Source of the DNA: an uncultured Planctomycetaceae bacterium
GTDB lineage: Bacteria; Planctomycetota; Planctomycetia; Isosphaerales; Isosphaeraceae
DNA length: 64,000 nucleotides
Direction: 5' to 3'
NCBI GenBank assembly: GCA_963833985.1
Contig: CAWIAD010000001.1
Span: forward strand, 736,001 to 800,000
The notes under the pieces: model-generated
Database searches by the model: none
Told to the model about the DNA's origin: nothing
The model's input: only the letters and a program-made list of their open reading frames with translations
Translations under genes and position numbers: made by a program
Part shown: piece by piece, positions 21,313 through 33,538 of the stretch
How positions within the stretch are numbered: position 1 is the stretch's first letter
How the letters are laid out: each line of letters starts with the position of its first letter

Positions 21313-23054
21313 AGCCCGCTCCTGACGATCCAGCCATTCCACGGCAACGCTGTGCACGCCAGGGGCAGGCTTGCTCACAACTTCCTGGTCCACGGGATCG
21401 GCCGGTCGTGGAGTGGCCGAGGCACTCTTCGGCGGCCATGGATCGGAGGCCTCCAGCCACGGCGGGCGCGGTTCCGGCTCGGCCATGTACCATTCGCCAA
21501 GGGCACGGCCGATGAAGGCCGCGTCCTGCCCGGTCTCTCCCGCGGGAATGCGCAGCAGGCTTGCCGCGTCGGCCGTGTGGCGCTGGGGAATGCCCGGAAC
21601 CAGCACCCGGCCAAAGACGCGGCGGATCGCCGCCTTGCCGATCCCGGCACCGCGAGCGATCTGCTCCACCCGGTCCAGCCGCACCAGCGCCCGGTGCAGA
21701 AGTTCCGCGTTCTCCGCCCGAAAAAACCTGGCCCGCTCAGCCCGCAAGGCCGGAGTGACGAACAGCGCGGTCTCCGACGGAGCGAGCGGCGGAGCGGATT
21801 CGATAGTGAGCCTTACCGCGCGGGCCCATTGCATTCCGCCGAGCACCAGGACCAGCAAGATCACCCCCAGCAGCCCGCGCACCCGGAGCGCCACAGCGGC
21901 CCCGGTTTGTGCGCCGAGCAAGGCCGACCACCAGCCAGCGCCGAACAATACGGCGCCAACCTGCGGGATGGCGTGATACCAGCCCACCGGACGCAGGCTG
22001 GCATAGGCGAGGTTGCCGCGGAAGAGGTAGGCCAGCAAGGCGCTTGCGACAACGGTCGCCAGGCCGGCCGCCTCCAGCGGCGTGATCGGTCCCAGGTGCC
22101 TCCGTGAGGCGTGCCAGAGCCCCCCGACGATTCCCAGGAGCGCCGCCGCCTGGAACGGCGTGGTTGCCGCGTCCAGGCCCAGGTTGTTGAGGATTGTCGC
22201 CTCGGCCACGGCCTGAACGGCGTTGATCGTTCCCTGGACGGGCCGCGGCCACAGTTCGCGATGCACCTCGTTGACCACCGGGTCCTCGCGCAGATACTGA
22301 ACAGTAAGAGCCAGGATGAACAGCGCCGAGGCGCCCGCCAGACCCATGATTCCCAGCGCCTGCGCCGACAGCGGGGTCGACCGTCCATCCATAATGCCGA
22401 TGCCGCGGCAGGACCCGCCACCAGCCCGCCCGACCAGACCAGCGGTGCCGCAAGCACGCTCAGGCCCGCCACACAGAGTCGCCAGGTGCCGCCCCTGGTC
22501 CGCCAGGCCCGTGCCGCCACCAGAGTGGCCACGATGGCCGCGCCGCACCCCAGCGCCTGGCTGGCGGCGTAGTGGTTCACCGAGGGCAGCATTACCGTGG
22601 TGATCCCCGTGCAGGCCATTGCGCCCAGCGCCAGGTCGGTGTGCCCCGTCTCACCGCGGACCAGCCAGGCCACCAGTAACATCGTCACGGCGAGATTGAG
22701 ATACGAAGCAGCTCGGAGCATGAGGGGCAGATCGACGAGCCTGGGAGTGAGCTGCACGATGAGGTACGTGTAAATGCGAAAGATCGGTATGACGTGGGTG
22801 TTCAGGGGTCTCCAGAGCTGCTCGCGCAGAACGCTGGCATCCACGGCGTCCTCGATGTAGAGAAAGTCGGTGGGGTTGAGTACAAAGTTCACGAGCCAGC
22901 CGGAGAAAAGCCAGGCCGGAGCGGCGAGGATCAGCCCCGCCAGCAGCACGCTCGCGAGCCGGGGGACCGGGCGCTCAAGCCATGCGAGGCCAGGACCAGT
23001 TCTCACGGAATGACAGGCCCCATCCGCACCCCCGCGTGGCAACCCAGGCCGCAT
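21085..23054 (-). CDS. Polytopic membrane protein (possibly GT-C-like); frameshift near 22380, 3' end uncertain because it overlaps ribD
   Basis: Multiple TM helices across ORFs 21861-23054 and 21085-22548. Confidence 0.6.
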
Positions 23055-23278
23055 CTTGAAAGCCGGAGCATCCGCACACCGTAGCCCGGACGAATCGTGG
23101 AGACTTGCTCGAGCCGACGGGACAGTCTGGTCGCGCCCGCGCAGCCGCGCAGACCACGCTCAGAAAAACGCTTCTCCCATGAGACGCAGGCGCTGGCACC
23201 GGTGCAGCACAGGAAAAGTGGGGCATTGCCGCCTCAACCAGGCACGCGTCTCGCGTTCGCGGCCTGGCTGCACATGAG

Positions 23279-23349
23279 CTACCCGGCCAGGATTCGAACC
23301 TGGAAAAACAGGACCAAAACCTGTTGTGATACCGTTTCACCACCGGGTA
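23279..23349 (-). tRNA. tRNA-Gln (anticodon TTG), CCA not encoded
   Basis: Reverse complement TACCCGG TGGTGAAACGGTATCACA ACAGG-TTTTGGT-CCTGT ... CCAGGTTCGAATCCTGG CCGGGTA G folds as a cloverleaf. Confidence 0.95.
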
Positions 23350-23391
23350 ATAGCCCCATCATTCTAGCGGGCAGGCCGCCGAGCGGGAAGA

Positions 23392-24066
23392 CTACCCGGC
23401 CGCGGAGACGCCCGGGCGTGACTTCTGCACCTTGTAGGCCAGGTTCTCAAGCTGGACGCTCAGGTCCACGGCCGCAACGCTCACGCCGGCGGGAACCGAG
23501 AGCGGCACCGGCGCGAAGTTGAGGATCCCCGTGATGCCGCTGGCGACCATCTGGTCGGCGACCCACTGTGCCGCGTCCGCCGGCACGCAGAGCAGCCCGA
23601 GGCTCACCTTGTGCGCCACGACCGCCTTCCGCAGGCCGTCGATCGGTTCCACCTTGAGACCCTCATGCGACTGGCCGATCTTCCGCACGTCGCTGTCGAA
23701 CACGGCCACGATGTGAAAACGCCGCGAGCGAAATCCACGGTACTTGAGCAGGGCTCGTCCCAGGTTCCCCAGGCCGACCAGCACGATCGGCCAGTCGCGA
23801 TCGATCCCCAGAACCTGCCGCAAGGCGCTGATCAGGTCGTCGATCCGGTAGCCCACGCCGGGATGGCCGAATTGCCCGAAGAACGCCAGGTCCTTGCGCA
23901 CCTGTGCGTTCTTGATCGATAGCGGCTCGCCAAGCTGGCTGCTCGAGATGGTTTCCTGACCCTGCCGCTGGAACGACTCGAGCTGGCGAAGATACAGGCT
24001 CACTCGCCCCACCACCGCCTTGGGCGCCAGCTTCCCTCCCTCGAGCGTAGCGTGCGACTCCTTCAC
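23392..24066 (-). CDS. rex: Redox-sensing transcriptional repressor Rex
   Basis: RVSLYLRQL, ISSSQLG, QVRKDLAFFGQFGHPGVGY, VGLGNLGRAL, GILNFAP. Confidence 0.96.
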   Translation of the reverse strand: MKESHATLEGGKLAPKAVVGRVSLYLRQLESFQRQGQETISSSQLGEPLSIKNAQVRKDLAFFGQFGHPGVGYRIDDLISALRQVLGIDRDWPIVLVGLGNLGRALLKYRGFRSRRFHIVAVFDSDVRKIGQSHEGLKVEPIDGLRKAVVAHKVSLGLLCVPADAAQWVADQMVASGITGILNFAPVPLSVPAGVSVAAVDLSVQLENLAYKVQKSRPGVSAAG

Positions 24067-24230
24067 GAGGGATGCCTCCTGATGTGAGATCGACTCAGGG
24101 CAAAATCCATGCTATCACTTGAATGAATCTAATTCCGGATGGCCAGCGGGGTCAAGGGAAAGCCCTCGTCGCAACGAAGGGCCGGAGACGCGGCCACGGA
24201 CGCCGGACCGGCCGGCGCCGCCGGGCTAGA

Positions 24231-25659
24231 TCAGGTCGTCCCCTTTGATGCCGCGGCGCGGTCCACGCGTTGAAACACGAAGCATCCGAGCAGAAACGTC
24301 GGCAAGCCGATCCACTCCTGCATTCCCAGCGCGTCGATCGACACCGTGGCCAGGAGCAGATCGAACACCGAGAGCCAGCCGAAGTAGCATCCCAACGAGA
24401 TCCAGACGCGCTGCGCGTCCTGCCGGCAGCAACCGTCGACGAGCATGCCGTACGATGCCAGCACGAACAGGACCGTGTAGTACTGCGAGAAACCGACCTG
24501 GTAGAACATCACGGTCACGAGTGCCGCCAGGATAGCGGCCGCGGCCGGCCGCAACTGTTCCCGCATCACCCGCAGCCATGTCCAGGCCAGGGCGCCCAGC
24601 ATGGCCAGTGGGGCGAGGCCGTCCAGGTCTTCCCGTAAGCCAATCCAGCCCAGCGGCGAGTAGACCCCTTTCAGGAACCGCCAGATTGATAGGTGGTGCG
24701 ACCCTCGCTGCGCCGCGAACAACAGGGGCCGGAACGTTGATGTTCCCCAGAGCGCCAGGCTGATGCCGAATCCCAGTGCGACGGTTGCGATCGCCGCCAT
24801 CAGCAGCCGCCACGGCGGCCTCCGGCCGTCCATCATCAGGAAGGGGAGCAGCACGACGGGCATGAGCTTGAGCAGCACGCCCATGCCCAGGCAGGCCCCG
24901 CAGAGCACATCGCGGTGGCGAACCCGCGCATGTACCGCGGCCGCGCAAAGCAGCCCCATGAGCACGTCGAAATGCCCGAAGACGGCGATCTCCACCCAGC
25001 AGTACGGCATCCAGAACCAGGCCAGCAGGGCCAGCATCGACCGCGAGGCCAGCGCTTGGCGGTCGCTCTGCGCCTGGATGAGCCCGATGGCAAAGAGCAA
25101 GTAGGCTGTCGCGAAGAGCAGCTTGGGCAGCAGGGGATTGATCAGCGCCGGTAGAGCGAAGAGGTTGAACAGCGGCCCGTACGCGTTCATCGGGTACTTG
25201 CCGAAAGCTCCGTAGGCGTAGAACCAGGGGTCGTGGCCGAGCCAGACCTCGCGCCACATTTGCTGGAAGAAATAATAGTCCTGGATCCCGCCCGTCTCGA
25301 GGGCCAGCGCCAGGAATGCCAGGGCCAGCAGCCCGAGCACGCGGTCCAGCCAGAGCGTATGCTGCTGGCGATCCGCAGCAACGCGCGCTCTGCCGATGAA
25401 CAGCACGATTCCCAGGTGCAGCATTCCGGCAAGGAGTACGGCGTTTGCAAAGGTGTTCCACCGCTGGAGGACCATGTCCAGGGTCAGGGTGCCGTACGTC
25501 CCCTGAATCCAGTGGTTCAAAAGAACCGCGCTCCGGCCCTGATGCGCGCTGCGCGATGACCACCCGCGCCGGGCCCCGCGCCAGGGCGACCCAGGCCAGC
25601 GCGAGCAGGCCATACAGCCCACCCAGTCGCAGGACCTTGCGATGATCGGAAAGCACCAT
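24231..25659 (-). CDS. GT87/DUF2029-like membrane glycosyltransferase (frameshift near 25545)
   Basis: NAYGPLF, FGHFDVL, GVLLKLMP motifs and many TM helices; N-terminus in ORF 24226-25659. Confidence 0.7.
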
Positions 25660-25785
25660 GGCGGGCGCTCACGCGAGGAAGACGATTCACCAGGCCAGGC
25701 CCAGGCATGGAAGCCGGTCTACCAGAGCGTTGGCCATGCAGCTCGAACCACCAGGGGCATCCACACGCAGCAGGCAGCTTGCGGC

Positions 25786-26616
25786 TCAAGCATCGAGATA
25801 CGCCTCACGCTCGATCCCCTTGATGTAGTCAAGCACGGCGTCCAGGGTCTCGACGACCGTGCCGGGCACGCGTCCGCCGTCGTCCAGTTCGCGCAGTAGC
25901 TTGAGGTCGTCAAAGAACTCCGAGGCATCGAGTTCGCGGCGGGTTCGTGAGGAAAGCCCGCGCTCGCGCACCACCATCAGGTCCATGTGGTGCCCGATCA
26001 GCCAGAGGGTCCGCTCGGTGACCGCTCCACGGAGCGCCTCGACGCCGGCCTGGGCGTGATCGTAGGCGTCGATGGCCTTCCCCACATCGTGCAGCAGCGC
26101 CGCAAGCAGGAACTCCTCATCGTACGGACGCACCTCGCGCGCCAGGTGGAAGACCTGGAGACTGTGGTAGAGGGCGTCGCCCTCGGGGTGGAATCGCGGG
26201 TTCTGCTTGACGGCCTCCAGGGGAGCCAGCCTCATCCGGTACAGTGCAAAGCGGTCCAGGCGCTCGGCCAGCGGGACCACCTCCTCGCTTTCCGCGGGCT
26301 CGGGCATCGGCTCTTCTGCCGGATCACCCTGTGCCCGCCGGCTCCTCCAGAGCGTCACGAGCTGGTCGCGGACCTCGCTGTCCGACGGCAAGTCGCCCGG
26401 CCGGACACGGTGCCCGAGCACGGCCGCGGCCTTGCGCTTGGCGACGTAGAAATCGTTCTCCCGCGCCGCGTCGAGCCATTCCAGCGGACCACTCTCGAGG
26501 TCCACGTCTCCGGCCGCCTCCAGCAGCCTGCGAGCCGCCTCCAGCGCGATCTGCTGCCGGAGCCGCTCCGTGGCGGCCGGCAGGCGGTTCTTCTTGCGGT
26601 ACTTGTCGTGCATCAC
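25786..26616 (-). CDS. HD-domain protein with AKRKAA-type N-terminal domain
   Basis: HPEGDALYHSLQV, AALLHDVGKA, HHM. Confidence 0.85.
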   Translation of the reverse strand: MMHDKYRKKNRLPAATERLRQQIALEAARRLLEAAGDVDLESGPLEWLDAARENDFYVAKRKAAAVLGHRVRPGDLPSDSEVRDQLVTLWRSRRAQGDPAEEPMPEPAESEEVVPLAERLDRFALYRMRLAPLEAVKQNPRFHPEGDALYHSLQVFHLAREVRPYDEEFLLAALLHDVGKAIDAYDHAQAGVEALRGAVTERTLWLIGHHMDLMVVRERGLSSRTRRELDASEFFDDLKLLRELDDGGRVPGTVVETLDAVLDYIKGIEREAYLDA

Positions 26617-26716
26617 GCTGATCCGTCCTTACCAGGCATTCTACGAACCTGCGCGGCGACTGGAAATGAGGCAGCCGCGAAGGTATGAACCGCAGGGCGA
26701 GGTGCTCCTGCCGCGT

Positions 26717-27340
26717 TCACCCGGCCGCCACGCACGGTGCCGGGTCGCAGACGACGCTGGTGAGCGAGAGCAGGACACCCAGGCGCGCAAACCGGGTCAG
26801 TATCCGTGGCTCGGCCTGCGCATCGATGGCACGAATGGCGTCAACGACCAGGGCGACCCGGCAGTTCCGCTCCAGCAGACCCTCCACGGCCGCGCTCACG
26901 CAATAGTCGGTCGCCACGCCATAGACGACGAAGACCGGCCGATTGGCCATGTACAGCGCCGCGACCTCAGAGGCGCGGGGATGCGAGAAGCAATCGAACT
27001 CGTGTTTCCAGATCGTGAGGTGGCGTGGAATGGCTGCGGGGACCGCGGCGTGGTCGTCGAGGACCAGGCTGTCGGGCCAGCGTGTCGCCGCGATTCGCTC
27101 CTGGCCCGGCGTTCCAACCATGCAGTGCGGAGGGAATTGCCGGAACTCGGGGTCGTCGGGCGTGTGGGCACAGGCGGTGGCCAGGATGGGGATTCTCTGC
27201 TCGCGCGCGAATGCCGTGAGCCGCTCGAGACGGGGAACGATCTCGGCCGAGCCGGCCATGAACAGGGCTCCGCCCGGGTCGAGGAAATCGACCTGGGTGT
27301 CGACGTCGACGAACACCAGTGGACCACCGAGCATGTCCAT
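26717..27340 (-). CDS. Isochorismatase/nicotinamidase family cysteine hydrolase
   Basis: VDVDTQVDF, FPPHCMVGTPG, VYGVATDYCV. Confidence 0.92.
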   Translation of the reverse strand: MDMLGGPLVFVDVDTQVDFLDPGGALFMAGSAEIVPRLERLTAFAREQRIPILATACAHTPDDPEFRQFPPHCMVGTPGQERIAATRWPDSLVLDDHAAVPAAIPRHLTIWKHEFDCFSHPRASEVAALYMANRPVFVVYGVATDYCVSAAVEGLLERNCRVALVVDAIRAIDAQAEPRILTRFARLGVLLSLTSVVCDPAPCVAAG

Positions 27341-28907
27341 GCCTCCCGTTACCTGAGCACATTGAAGATCGATCGATTGCCTGGAGCCGCTATTCTGCCC
27401 GCTCGCTGCTCTTGCGGAAAAGGGGAGGTGGCGGTTGCGGCGGGCAAGTCGATGCCCGAAAATCAACATTGGGCAGCTCCACGGTCACCGGAAGCTTCCC
27501 CACGAGCGGCGCAGGAGCCGAAGCATGATGAGTCGTCGATCAAGCTGGGTGCTTACCGCGCTTTGTCTGGCCGCGTGTTGTGCTTTCGTCACGGTCGCGG
27601 GAGCGGCTGACAAGCCCGTACCGCCCCGCGTCGAGCTGGCCCCCCGCGTGTTGCCGGGTGAGGCCAACCGCTGGGGCCTGACATTCAGTCTCGACGGCAA
27701 GCCGGTGGCAATACAGGCGCACCCCGTGCAGCTCGAATTCTGGAGTGCCGCCGGCGCGCTCCCGCCACGGTCGTCATCCTACGAGTCTCTGGAGCCACAA
27801 CCGTCCGGTTTCGTTGCCCGTGCCACGGTGCCCGGGCCGGGACGCGCGCGTTTCGAGTTTGTCGACCGCTGGGAGAAGCTTGGCGAGATACTTCTGCTGA
27901 AGCGGACCGTGACGGTTCACGGCAGCGCCGGATCGGCGTTCCTGTCCGCGATCACCCTGGAGCTGGCGCGCCCGGCGTCCTGGCCCGAGCTCGACTGGTT
28001 CGCACCGGGGATGATCTACGGGAGCTTCGACCACCTCAACCCCCACGCGATTGGCGGCCGCGCCCATTATCGGGCCGGCGACTTCACGGTCCGCATCCGC
28101 GAGGACAGGCTGCCGGCACCACTCCTGCAATGCCACACCAGGGACGGCCTCTCGCTGGCCGTGCTCGACTGCCAGCCGCGAGGCGGCACGACCCCGGCCG
28201 ATGCGCGCGACGTGGACGCGCTGACCCTGGTGGACCCGGCGTTCCGATTCGGAGCGATCGGGGCCCAGGAACGAGGTCGGACGATCGAGCTGGGCTACTG
28301 GTTTCCGGGCTCCGAGGGCGAGGTCACCTATGCCGGCAACACTTATCCCGGCGGACAGATGCACCGCTGGCGAAGGCGCTATCATCCGATCCACGACGGA
28401 CTGGTCCAGCAATACGAGATCGCCTTCCGGATCGGTGCGGAGCCCGGCTTCCCCGCGGCCATGAAGGCCGCGTGGAGATGGTCCTGGCGCGCGCTGCGGC
28501 CGGCCGTCGTGGAACACGATCTCGCCGCAGCCCGCCGCAGCCTGGCGAACGCGCTCTCCTCGGTGGTGGTCTCTGTCCATGGCCGGACGGGAATTCCCAA
28601 CTTCATCGAGGCGACGACCCAGGATGTCGAACGTGCCGACCGGCGGGCGGTGCTGGGATTCACCGGCAAGAACCTGGAAGCCGCGCAGGTGCTGCTCCGG
28701 GAAGCCAAGCTCGACGGCGGCCCGCGCGGGCAGATGCTCCGCAGCCAGGCCGAGTCGATCATCGACACGTTCCTGAAGTTGCAAGTCTCGCCACCCGGGG
28801 GCGAAGGATTTGATCTCGACACCGGCCAGGCCGTCTCCGCGCTGGGCGGCGACGAGGTCTACCTGCGCTCGTTCGGGGACGATGTGAAATCGCTGCTGGC
28901 TGCCTAT

Positions 28908-30418
28908 TTCTACTGTATCTCTACGTTCGTAGTTGGTTCTTCAAAGGGGGTAAGAGTTTGCGTGAGTAATGCTGGAAGAATCGGGCGAGCTCGTTGCGTT
29001 CCAACCAACGTGTGGTGCACCGGGAGAGCTTCTCGGGGCTGTTGACGTTGAGACGTTCCTCGATGATCCCTGCGATCAGTTGCCGCAACCGCGGTGACGT
29101 CAATGCCGGTGTCTGTATTTTTTCCCCGCCGCGTCTCCTGATTCAGGAACCACGCGGCCACGAGCGACAAGGTTTGATGGTGATGCCAGGCGATCCAGTT
29201 CCGCACCTGGTAATCGGCCAGGCCCGCCTCCCCTTTGCCCCGCTCCAGGCACTCCTCGAATCCGATGCGCCAGTTTGGCCACCCGGCCAAATTCGATCAA
29301 CGGAGTTTCGGCTTTACTATTTGATAAATAATAATCATGTTTAACAGTTCCATCGGCCTGTTGCTCACGCGTGATGAAGAGGACCTCCTCGAAACCTGCA
29401 CGATTGCCCGGTCCTCGAGATTGGACGCGCCGCTTGATCGCGTCGACCACCAAAGGTCCCTTCTCGCCATCACGGACGTCGAGCCTCGTCCACGCCGATT
29501 CCGGCAGGGCCGCACGCCAATGATCCACACGCATGAAAGGAGCCTTGGGGGGTTGACCCCGCCCCCCATATTCCGGTGGCGGTGCCTCCAGATCGCGGAT
29601 CGTCGTGTTCGACGGAACCGCCAACAGATACTGCTCCCCCCGCTCCCTCAACGCCTGGCGAAAACTCGCGGGACGGCCCATTTCATCGTCCCCCGCCACC
29701 CACGCGTGTGGCAGCAACCCACCTTGCTCATCCAGCATCGCCAGGGCCAATTGATGGCGCGTCTGGAACTTGATGGACTTGGGGACGCCAGCCTTGTTCC
29801 GGCGGTCGCGATCCTTGGCCCATTCCTTGGGCAAGTAAAGCCTTACATTGGTAATCGTATGCTCTTTTCTAGACGCATAAGCCATGTAGACGCCAACCTG
29901 ACAGTTCTCAACCTTCCCCAGCCGGCCGCACCACTGCCGCGCGACGCCCACCGACATAGTCCCTTTCTTGGGGAAGCCCGAAGGGTCGAAGATAATCACC
30001 CCATCCTTCTCGCCCAGTTGCTCGCCGACCTGCTGCGCCAGGATCGTGAGCAGGGGTTGATGATCCCATGGCACGTGCCCGATGAACTTTTGGATTCCTT
30101 GTCGTTCTTGATCGTGGAGATAAGCGATTCCCTCGCCGGTCTTGTGCTCAAGCTTCGACAGCAGACCGGTAACGTACTCGGTTGCATGTCGATGTTGTTC
30201 AGGTTCGCTCAGGGTCGCAGCGAACGGCTCGATGAAGACGTCCAACCGTTCCAGCAGACCATCGATCAAGTCAGGCGACACCTGCGATTGTGCCAGCATG
30301 TCAGCCAACCGTGCTTCGTATCGTCGATCCATGACGCCCTCGCTTCCTTGTAACATCCTTGACGGAAGCGAATATCAGAAAAAACCTTACAGTTCGTCAA
30401 CCCCAGGATACAGTAGAA
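28908..30418 (-). mobile_element. IS701 family insertion sequence
   Basis: 12-bp perfect terminal IR TTCTACTGTATC (28908-28919)/GATACAGTAGAA (30407-30418); 4-bp TSD CTAT (28904-28907, 30419-30422). Confidence 0.93.
28910..30332 (-). CDS. IS701 family DDE transposase (frameshift near 29260)
   Basis: FDPSGFPKKGTMSVGVARQWCGRLGKVENCQVGV, WVAGDDEMG, KGEAGLADYQVRNW.AWHHH. Confidence 0.93.
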
Positions 30419-31480
30419 CTATGAGCGCGAGTGCCGGGCCGGACGCGACCACCCCGAGTGGCTGGCCTGGTGCCGCAGGTTCACGGACTGGCTGCTTACC
30501 CAGCAGCAGGCTGGTGGCGGCTTCCCCCGCTCGTGGCGGCGCACCACCGGCCAGGTGGCCAGCGCCTCGGCGAGTTCCAGCTCCAATGCCGTTCCACTGC
30601 TGGTCCTGATGCACCGGCTGACATCCGAGCCGAAGTACCTGCTTGCCGCCGAACGCGCGGCCGAGGTGAGCTGGAGCAGCGGACAGGACCGGGGGCAGTT
30701 CACTGGCGGGACCATCGACAACCCGGATGTCATCGACAAGGAGGCCGCCGTTCTGGCGCTCGAGGCGTACCTGGCACTGTACGAGGCCACGGGACAGGCA
30801 TGCTGGCTCGATCGTGCTCAAACGGCCGGCGCTGTGGCCGAGACCTGGATTTACCTGTGGAACGTCCCCATGGCCGACGGGCAGCTTGGCGCCGAGTTAC
30901 ACTGGAAGCCGGGCGTACCCACCACCGGCCTGCAACTCATCGCCACCGGCCATTCGCTCGTCGACGAGTACATGGCGGGCTCTGCCGACGAGTACGTCCG
31001 GCTGGCCCGTCACAGCGGAGACCGGCACGATCTCCATGTCGCCCTGATTCTGGCGCACAACACCAAGAGCATGCTGGCGGTTCCGGGCCAGACCTATGAT
31101 CTGGGCACGCCCGGATGGCAGCAGGAGCACTGGAGCCTGGCCCCGCGCCGGGGCGTCGGCTTGCACCGCGGCTGGCTTCCCTGGGTTGCAACCAGCCAGT
31201 TGAACGGCCTTTTCGGGCTCATGGAGCTGGAACGCTCAACGGGCCGGGACGCTCTCGACCTGCCTCCCGGTCCGTGAGGGGCGCAGTCCGAGATCCCGGC
31301 CCATCCCCTGTCGCCGCGCGACGCCGCGAGACAATAATCTCGAGCGGCAATAGAACCTGTAAGTACAGGGCAAGGAGCCGCCCGCTCCTGGTGTTGCACC
31401 TGCCGACGTGTATCGGCGGGTGCCCCTGCGCAGCGCGATTCACGACCAATGGAGCATTGCCTATGATGAACCAACGAGGA

Positions 31481-33466
31481 ATGACAAACCGTCCAGCGCG
31501 CGTGCCGAGCGTCTTTGCACTCTCCGCGCTGCTCTTGCTGGGAGCACCGATGTCCAGCCAGGCCGAGCTGCCGCCCTTGATTCCGCGTGACGTGCTATTC
31601 GGAAACCCAGAGAAGGTCAGCCCCCAGCTCTCGCCCGACGGAACGCACCTGGCGTGGATAGCGCCGGACAAGAAGAACGTGCTCCAGGTCTGGGTCCGGA
31701 CGATCGGCAAGGAGGACGACAGGACCGTCACCGCCGATCCAAAGCGCGGCATTCGCCAGTTCTTCTGGGCCGAGAACAGCAAGATGCTGATCTACCTGCA
31801 AGACAGCGACGGCGACGAGAACTTCCATCTCTTCGGCGCCGACCTGGCTTCGGGCAACGTCCGCGACCTGACGCCCTTCCAGGGAGTCCGGGCGACGCCG
31901 TCGGCGACCGACCCGAACTTTCCCGACACGATCCTGGTGTCGATGAACGTCCGCAATCGCGCCCTGTTCGACGTGTACCGGCTGGATCTCAACACCGGCG
32001 CCCTGGTGCTGGACACGACGAATCCGGGTGACGTCACCGGCTGGGTGGCCGACCCCGCGCTCCAGGTGCGTGCGGCACAGGCCATGACGCCTGATGGCCA
32101 CGCCGTGATCCGCATTCGCGATGACGCGGCGTCGTCATTCCGCCCCTGGCTCGAAGCCGGACCCGAAGATGCCCTGACGCTTCAGGCACTCGACTTCTCG
32201 GGCGATGGCAAGGCGCTTCATCTCATCTCGGCGCTCGGCCGCGACACCGCGGCGGTGGTCAAGAAAGACCTGGCCAGTGGCAGCGAGTCCGAACTGGCGG
32301 CCTCTCCCGACGTGGATGCCGACAGCGTGCTCATCCAGCCGAAGACGCACGTTATTCAGGCGGTCCGGTTCTCACCCGGACGGTCCTCCTGGAAGGTGCT
32401 CGACCCGTCCATCCAGGCCGACTTCGACGGCATTGCCAGGCTCCACGAAGGCGACTTCTCGGTGGTCAACCGCGACAACGCCGACAAGACCTGGCTGGTG
32501 GCCTTCACGAACGACCGGGGCCCGGTCGCCTATTACGCCTGGGACCGCTCCGCCGGCAAGGGGACGTTCCTCTTCGTCCACCAGCCGAAGCTCCAGGGGC
32601 TGAAGCTGGCCGAGATGAAGCCCGTTGCCATCAAGGCGCGCGACAGCCTGACGTTGCACGGCTACCTGACCCTGCCGGTCGGCCTTGAACCGCGCGGGCT
32701 GCCCCTGGTGCTCATGGTCCACGGCGGACCGTGGGCGCGTGATAGCTGGGGCTACAATCCCATGGCGCAGTGGTTCGCCAACCGCGGCTATGCCTGCCTG
32801 ATGGTCAACTTCCGCGGCTCGACCGGTTACGGCAAGACCTTCCTCAACGCCGGCAACAGGCAGTGGGGCAAGACCATGCACGACGACCTCATCGACGCCT
32901 GCAACTGGGCGGTCTCCCAGGGTTACGCCGACCCCAAAAAGATTGCCGCCTTCGGCGGTTCCTACGGAGGTTACGCGGCGCTCGCCGCTCTCACCTTCAC
33001 GCCGGAATACTTCAACTGCGCCGTGGACGTGGTGGGACCCTCAAACCTGAAAACGCTCATCTCCACCATCCCGCCTTACTGGAAGCCGATGCGCTCGATG
33101 TTCGACATTCGCGTGGGCAATGTTGATGACCCGAAGGACGCGGAGCTGATCAAGGAGGCTTCCCCGCTGTTCAAGGCGGACCTGATTCGCCGGCCACTCT
33201 TGGTCGGCCAGGGCGCCAACGATCCGCGCGTGAAGCAGGCCGAGTCCGAGCAGATCGTTGCGGCCATCGAGAAAAACGGCGGACGCGTGACCTACGTGGT
33301 CTACCCGGATGAAGGCCACGGCTTCGCGCGGCCGGACAACCGCATCGACTTCAACGCCCGCGCCGAGGCGTTCCTGGCCGAGCATCTCGGAGGTCGCTGC
33401 GAACCAATGAGCGGCGAGAAGATTCCAGGCTCGACAGCGGTGGTGCGGGAAGTCGGTCGGAAGTGA
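31481..33466 (+). CDS. S9 family peptidase (dipeptidyl aminopeptidase/acylaminoacyl peptidase), secreted
   Basis: LIPRDVLFGNP, VHGGPW, GGSYGGY, GANDPRV, DEGHGF. Confidence 0.95.
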   Translation: MTNRPARVPSVFALSALLLLGAPMSSQAELPPLIPRDVLFGNPEKVSPQLSPDGTHLAWIAPDKKNVLQVWVRTIGKEDDRTVTADPKRGIRQFFWAENSKMLIYLQDSDGDENFHLFGADLASGNVRDLTPFQGVRATPSATDPNFPDTILVSMNVRNRALFDVYRLDLNTGALVLDTTNPGDVTGWVADPALQVRAAQAMTPDGHAVIRIRDDAASSFRPWLEAGPEDALTLQALDFSGDGKALHLISALGRDTAAVVKKDLASGSESELAASPDVDADSVLIQPKTHVIQAVRFSPGRSSWKVLDPSIQADFDGIARLHEGDFSVVNRDNADKTWLVAFTNDRGPVAYYAWDRSAGKGTFLFVHQPKLQGLKLAEMKPVAIKARDSLTLHGYLTLPVGLEPRGLPLVLMVHGGPWARDSWGYNPMAQWFANRGYACLMVNFRGSTGYGKTFLNAGNRQWGKTMHDDLIDACNWAVSQGYADPKKIAAFGGSYGGYAALAALTFTPEYFNCAVDVVGPSNLKTLISTIPPYWKPMRSMFDIRVGNVDDPKDAELIKEASPLFKADLIRRPLLVGQGANDPRVKQAESEQIVAAIEKNGGRVTYVVYPDEGHGFARPDNRIDFNARAEAFLAEHLGGRCEPMSGEKIPGSTAVVREVGRK

Positions 33467-33507
33467 CCGGCCGCAAGGGTGATTGCTCTCTGCTCTCGTC
33501 GTTCCAC

Positions 33508-33538
33508 AAAGGCCCTCGAGCCGTTCGAGGGCCTTTTT
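33508..33538 (+). terminator. Rho-independent terminator
   Basis: AAAGGCCCTCGA-gccgt-TCGAGGGCCTTTTT after the peptidase gene. Confidence 0.8.

Larger units (their letters stand above)
27526..31277 (+). pseudogene. Large secreted carbohydrate-active-like (alpha/alpha toroid) protein interrupted by IS701
   Basis: Signal peptide at 27526; removing 28908-30422 rejoins LLAAY-ERECRAGRDHPEWLAWC in frame with ORF 30555-31277. Confidence 0.85.

Noticed and set aside
23279..23349. tRNA-Gln as an integration site for an island
   Set aside because: No duplicated tRNA 3' end and no adjacent integrase found.
24067..24160. Rex operator upstream of rex
   Set aside because: No good match to TTGTGAA-N4-TTCACAA.
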